Source: Thelocarpon superellum
Taxonomy: Eukaryota
NCBI GenBank assembly: GCA_026025795.1
Contig: JAPEUG010000023.1
Span: 1 to 64,000, forward strand
DNA length: 64,000 nt
Direction: 5' to 3'
The translations under genes and the position numbers were made by a program. This document shows positions 59,746 through 64,000 of the stretch, piece by piece (position 1 is the first letter of the stretch; each line of letters starts with the position of its first letter). Below the pieces are notes generated by a model. The model was not told where the DNA came from. It saw nothing but the letters and a program-made list of their open reading frames with translations, and ran no database searches.

Positions 59746-59927
59746 GCGTGATATTCGTAGGAAGACTCCGCAAAGAGAAGGAGAAGGGACGCGTGATATT
59801 CGTAGGAGGACTCCGCGAAGAGAAGGACAAGAGACGCGTGATATTCGTAGGAGGACTCCGCGAAGAGAAGGAGAAGAGACCGCGTGATATTCGTAGGAAG
59901 ACTCCGCGAAGAGAAGGACAAGGGACC
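59746..59927. repeat. 45-46 bp minisatellite, 4 copies (GCGTGATATTCGTAGGARGACTCCGCRAAGAGAAGGASAAGRGAC)
   Basis: Four head-to-tail, near-identical units read directly from the sequence. Confidence 0.95.
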
Positions 59928-60348
59928 GCGAAGGGACCGGTAGTGGACGAAGAGAAGACGGTGAGGGAAAACGGCAGGAGACGGAGGAGATTGGAATCCC
60001 GGGGCCGAGGGGCGGTTCAATAGCCAACGGATCCTTCCGTAGCTATGATCGCATTATGCGGTACGGCGGGGGAGTATGGACGGACACTATGCAGGATGGA
60101 GGGCTACGGCGTATAATTTTTTTTTGGATGGGGGTTGTTGGCGTGTCATGAAAACGTTGGTAGCGTAGGGGCTGGTAATACATGGATTAGAAGCAGCTAG
60201 TAGGGCCAGATAAGTACACGGATGTGGAAATAGAGGGGCAGAGAGGCCCGCTGGGGTCATGGGACTTGAAGAATCCCGCCGAAAGCGTATGAGATCTAGG
60301 AAGGATATGTCGTGATGTAGAAGTAGATGCCGACGCCGATGACGACGT

Positions 60349-60349
<1 letters not shown>

Positions 60350-60412
<63 letters not shown>
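60350..60412. repeat. (GAT)21 microsatellite
   Basis: Perfect trinucleotide run. Confidence 0.97.
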
Positions 60413-60413
<1 letters not shown>

Positions 60414-60480
60414 TCAAGGAACAGTTGAATAGACTAGAGTAGAATTTTGCGTTGACGAGACAACACAGCGAATGAAAGTG

Positions 60481-60538
60481 TCGTCCATCGTCCATCGTCC
60501 ATCGTCCGTCGTCTATCGTCTACCGTCCATTGTCCATC
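60481..60538. repeat. Degenerate 7-mer tandem repeat (TCGTCCA)x8
   Basis: Read directly from the sequence. Confidence 0.85.
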
Positions 60539-61357
60539 AGATTCACATCAGTCCCGACCGGTTTCGCCACCCTGATCTGTTCCGATCCGTCCCGTCCTCA
60601 CTAGGTCCGCCATACGCCGCCGCGTTCTGCTCCGCTCCGCCCCATCTCATCATTTCTGGATTCATGTCCGTGCAGAGCCGCGCAACACGTTGGACAACAG
60701 GGGAAGACCGGAACGGAGATCCGTGGCGATGGTAGGAACAGTAAGCATGCGTGCCGTATTGGTAGCAACTTGGTTGGGATAGGTGAGGGGTTGTAGTATC
60801 TTCAGATAAGAGAGTGGTGGGGGACCCGGTAGGTTGAGGATGGGTGGTAGGTATTAGCGGGATGATTGCGAATCCGGGTCCTGGTTGTTCCGTTGCTTGG
60901 TCGGTTCAAGGTCGAGTTGCCCACTTGTAGAGGCGCGTGGGTATTTCATCTCCTCTCTTTTCTCCTCGCTTCCCTTCTCGTCCTTTTTCTTCTTCGCTTT
61001 CCCTGGTCTCATCTCATCTTCTCAATCCTTTTTCTTGCTTCACTAGATGGTCGGGAACATGCTTGACTTTGGGGGAGAGCGGGACCGAAGACGGAGACAC
61101 AGACGGAGACGGACGGTGCCAGTAAGTGAAGGGCAAAATGCAACGCAACAAAGACAAGACCGTTTCAGTAAAGTAATAATTTAGCTGTATTTGATATCAG
61201 AGTCTATCGAGGGAGTGGGAGGCTGTGAGTGAATGAGAGGGTAATAGCTGGACACAGAAGAGGGAGGATGTGAGCGAAAAGAGAATGAGGGAGGGAGAGT
61301 TGACAAGCAAGGTCGAAGAGGGTAAGGTAGAAACGTCGACATGATGTCGACATCACA

Positions 61358-64000
61358 TCACAATCGTCCAGCAACCACGTCACGAATGGCCCAGCGCCAC
61401 TCTTGATCCTCTTCCTCTTCAACCTCCCCTTGCGCCCCACATTCATTCCCTCTTCCTATGTCTTGGAAGCCGTGGGAGGTTTCGTCGCCGCTGTACTCCA
61501 ACGCCACACCGCCGTCTTCGGCGCCAGCATCTCGTTTGCCTCGAACTGTCCGACGGGCCGCGTTGACCACGGCAACGGAAGCGGAAGCAGAGCCAGACCC
61601 ATGTGATGAACTTGCCGAACCGATCCATGCGAGCACCTTACGGCGCCACCGGTCCTCTTCGTCGCGCTGCCGACGGATGAATTCTGGCCCCACGTCGAAT
61701 TCTTCTCCAACCAACCATTCGTCTTCTGGCCCTTTGACGGGCGACTTGCCACGTCGGCCGGCGTTGGACGCTTGCGAATGCGACGTGTTGGGGCGCGACT
61801 TGGAGCCTGGCGATGGCGAAGCGGTGAGCTTAGCAGGTCGGTCATCAAGATCGTCTAGGCCGGCGAAAGGGTCGTCCGAGTCTTCGCCCTCCGAGAGTGC
61901 CTGGTCATCAAACTCCCCGTCCGAGTCCGCGTCGATGTCGTCGTCCACGTCGCCTCGACTGGACTTCCGGAGCTTTGACGACCGTCGATGATGCGACAGT
62001 TTGAGCCAGCACATCCGATGAGGATCGAAGACCATTCCGCCCACCACTTGCACCGTGGGTGACGCGCTGTTGACGTGCGTGATCAAGGCGGGCCGCTGGC
62101 TGGGTGGATCGAGCTTAAGGTCCGCTGGGACCGGATGCGACAATGGGGAGATCTGTCGTGAGTGTCCCTGCGCGCGGGACGGTGGCGGCAAAGGGACGTC
62201 AAAGGGCGCCAGAGCGTTCTCGTTTCCTTCCCATCGAAAGAGCATCGGGTTGTAATGCATGCCTTTGACCGCTGACATCGTCATCAGTTCACGTTCATAC
62301 GATCCTTTGCAAAAGGGGGGCCATCAGCACTCACATTTCGCATTGTTATGCGTATCCCCCAACGGTTTGATCAGGTGCGGTTTCTGCGGCGCTCCGTGCC
62401 GGCGTTTGGTCCTCATTGGCACAGCCGGGGGCGTGGACGGTCCTAGGCCGAGACCGCGACTGCTCGCTGGCGCTTTCCAGTTCGTGTTCGCCGGGGCGAC
62501 TGCGCTCTGTCCCATTGCTGGTCCGATCCGCTGCTCACGCGCGATCCGGCTGGCGGCCGTGTCGCGAGCAAAGCGGGGGGTATACTCCGCCTTGCTTGGA
62601 CTCAAGGGCAGCGTCGAGCCAGGCGTCGGGGTCTCGGCGCGCTCGTCGGGTGATTGTAATGAGAGGCCTAGCTTGCTCCGCATCGCCTTGGGCGCGCCTC
62701 GTCCAATGGGCGCCCTGACGAATCTCGACTCGCTGGAGGCCGACGTGGGCAGATCGTCGAATACTTCGAGCTCATTGCCGTCGCCAAAATGCCGGCTCTT
62801 CTTGGGCCGCGTCAGGGTCCGCTTGGCGATGGCCTCCCGCGCCAACGATTCTGGCGCCAGGGCTTTTCGTCGCTGCGACGGGCTGGGCGATCGAATCGTA
62901 CTTCGAGAAGCTCGGGATAGCGAGCGGGGTTGATAGTCGGGTAGGCCCGTTGACGATTCCGAATCTTGTCGCCTGAAGGTTCGCGACGATTTCGATGAGA
63001 CATGATGCGACTGCGACTGCGACGTCCCGCCGGGGAGGAAGGGCACCGGCGGGATTGGAGGGCGGCGCGAATATCCCAAACTGGAATCGGCCCCTGAACG
63101 ATCGACTGGCGTCTTTGGCCGCGAAGGCCCCGCCGGGCGTGCATTGTCGGACCGTGACGGCGTCCGCAGGGGAAGTCGCGCCATGTCGGACCTCGACGGC
63201 GGGCGTGCCGGGAGTCGAGAGTTGTCGGATCTCGATGATGGTCGAGCATGGCTGAAGGAGGGTTTGGCTGGAGATGGCTGTGCCGACGGTATGATGGGCA
63301 TCGACCGCTTCATCTTGAGCAGCTGCGCACTCGTCGTCGTCGGCTCTGGCCGCAGGGTCTTCATGGACGGTCGATTCCCAAGATTCCTCACACGGCTGGG
63401 CGTGGATGGTGCCGTTGAACGCGAAGCGGAAGGTGTAGACGGCGCCGGGATGCTGGAGACGGAGACGGACGAGTGTGGCGAGTGGCCGCTCAATCTCGAC
63501 TGCGGCCGTCGGGCCTCGGGCAAGGCCCCGCCGCTCTCCGACACAGGCTCCAGACCCGCGGATTGCCGACCATTGGCCAGACGAGGGATTCGGGTCTGCG
63601 GCACCTGAGGCTTATTGGTGAAGGTGAGCGTCATGGCTGTCCGACGCACCGGACTGGTCTGTCGCGCGGCCTTGTGCTTGATGTTACGGTTGAGCGTAAG
63701 CTTGCCCGACTCGAAGACGTCGCCATCGCCAATCTCGAGGCCGGAGAAGAAGTCCTCCTTGGCCGCGGCGCGCTTAGCCGCCTGCTGCTCGCCCGAGTAG
63801 TCGGCGGGATCAGGTGACGCATTCTCCTGACGCTTCTTCAGGATATCGTCCAGATGCAGCGGCCCTTCCGGTAGCACCAATCCATCAAGACCTTCGTCTT
63901 CGCTTTCGACAGTAAAGGAGCTGGACATGCTGGGGCTCATGGCGGACAATGAGGAGCTTCGGTTGGAGCGACCATCGCGCTTAGTTCCGCCGTAGCGCGT
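61358..64000 (-). CDS. byr4: Byr4/Bfa1 two-component GAP subunit of the septation initiation / mitotic exit network (5' end beyond window)
   Basis: FGDGNELEVFDDLP, VKGMHYNPMLFRWEGNEN, VVGGMVFDPHRMCWLK and EEFDVGPEFIRRQRDEEDRW. One intron lies at ~62334-62273. Confidence 0.85.

Noticed and set aside
59746..59927. CRISPR-like array
   Set aside because: The units are contiguous near-identical copies with no unique spacers, there are no cas genes, and the context is eukaryotic.
60790..60805. GTAGTATCT resembling the U2 branch-recognition sequence
   Set aside because: No surrounding U2 sequence or Sm site.

Overview
This is eukaryotic nuclear DNA from a filamentous ascomycete (Pezizomycotina by inference: GC-rich, short mostly 45-75 nt GT-AG introns with CTRAY branch sites, and a complex I subunit is present). 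It is a gene-dense housekeeping region. In order it carries: a secreted PhiA/IgE-binding-like cell-wall protein (partial), mitochondrial citrate synthase, Nrd1/Seb1, plasma-membrane H+-ATPase PMA1, an ABM-domain protein, a DCAF4/WDR21-like WD40 protein, ORC5, Pol III subunit RPC2, a Puf4/Mpt5-type Pumilio protein, an SR-rich protein, CUS1/SF3B2, a Sly41/TPT-family transporter, an unknown membrane protein, the complex I 78 kDa subunit, ERD2, a protein with an isolated integrase H2C2 zinc finger, and Byr4/Bfa1 (partial). I found no rRNA, tRNA, CRISPR array or intact transposon. The most interesting signals are: (1) a MAGPPW* uORF plus an overlapping uORF ahead of the Sly41-like gene; (2) a spliced, apparently domesticated, NOL4-like integrase zinc-finger gene in unusually long intergenic DNA; (3) a hairpin-dense intergenic segment near 37.2-37.6 kb; (4) a stop-containing NAGNAG acceptor in citrate synthase; and (5) a spliced ORF head-to-head with the complex I gene. 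Gene models were spliced by eye, and family assignments come from recalled motifs, not database searches.
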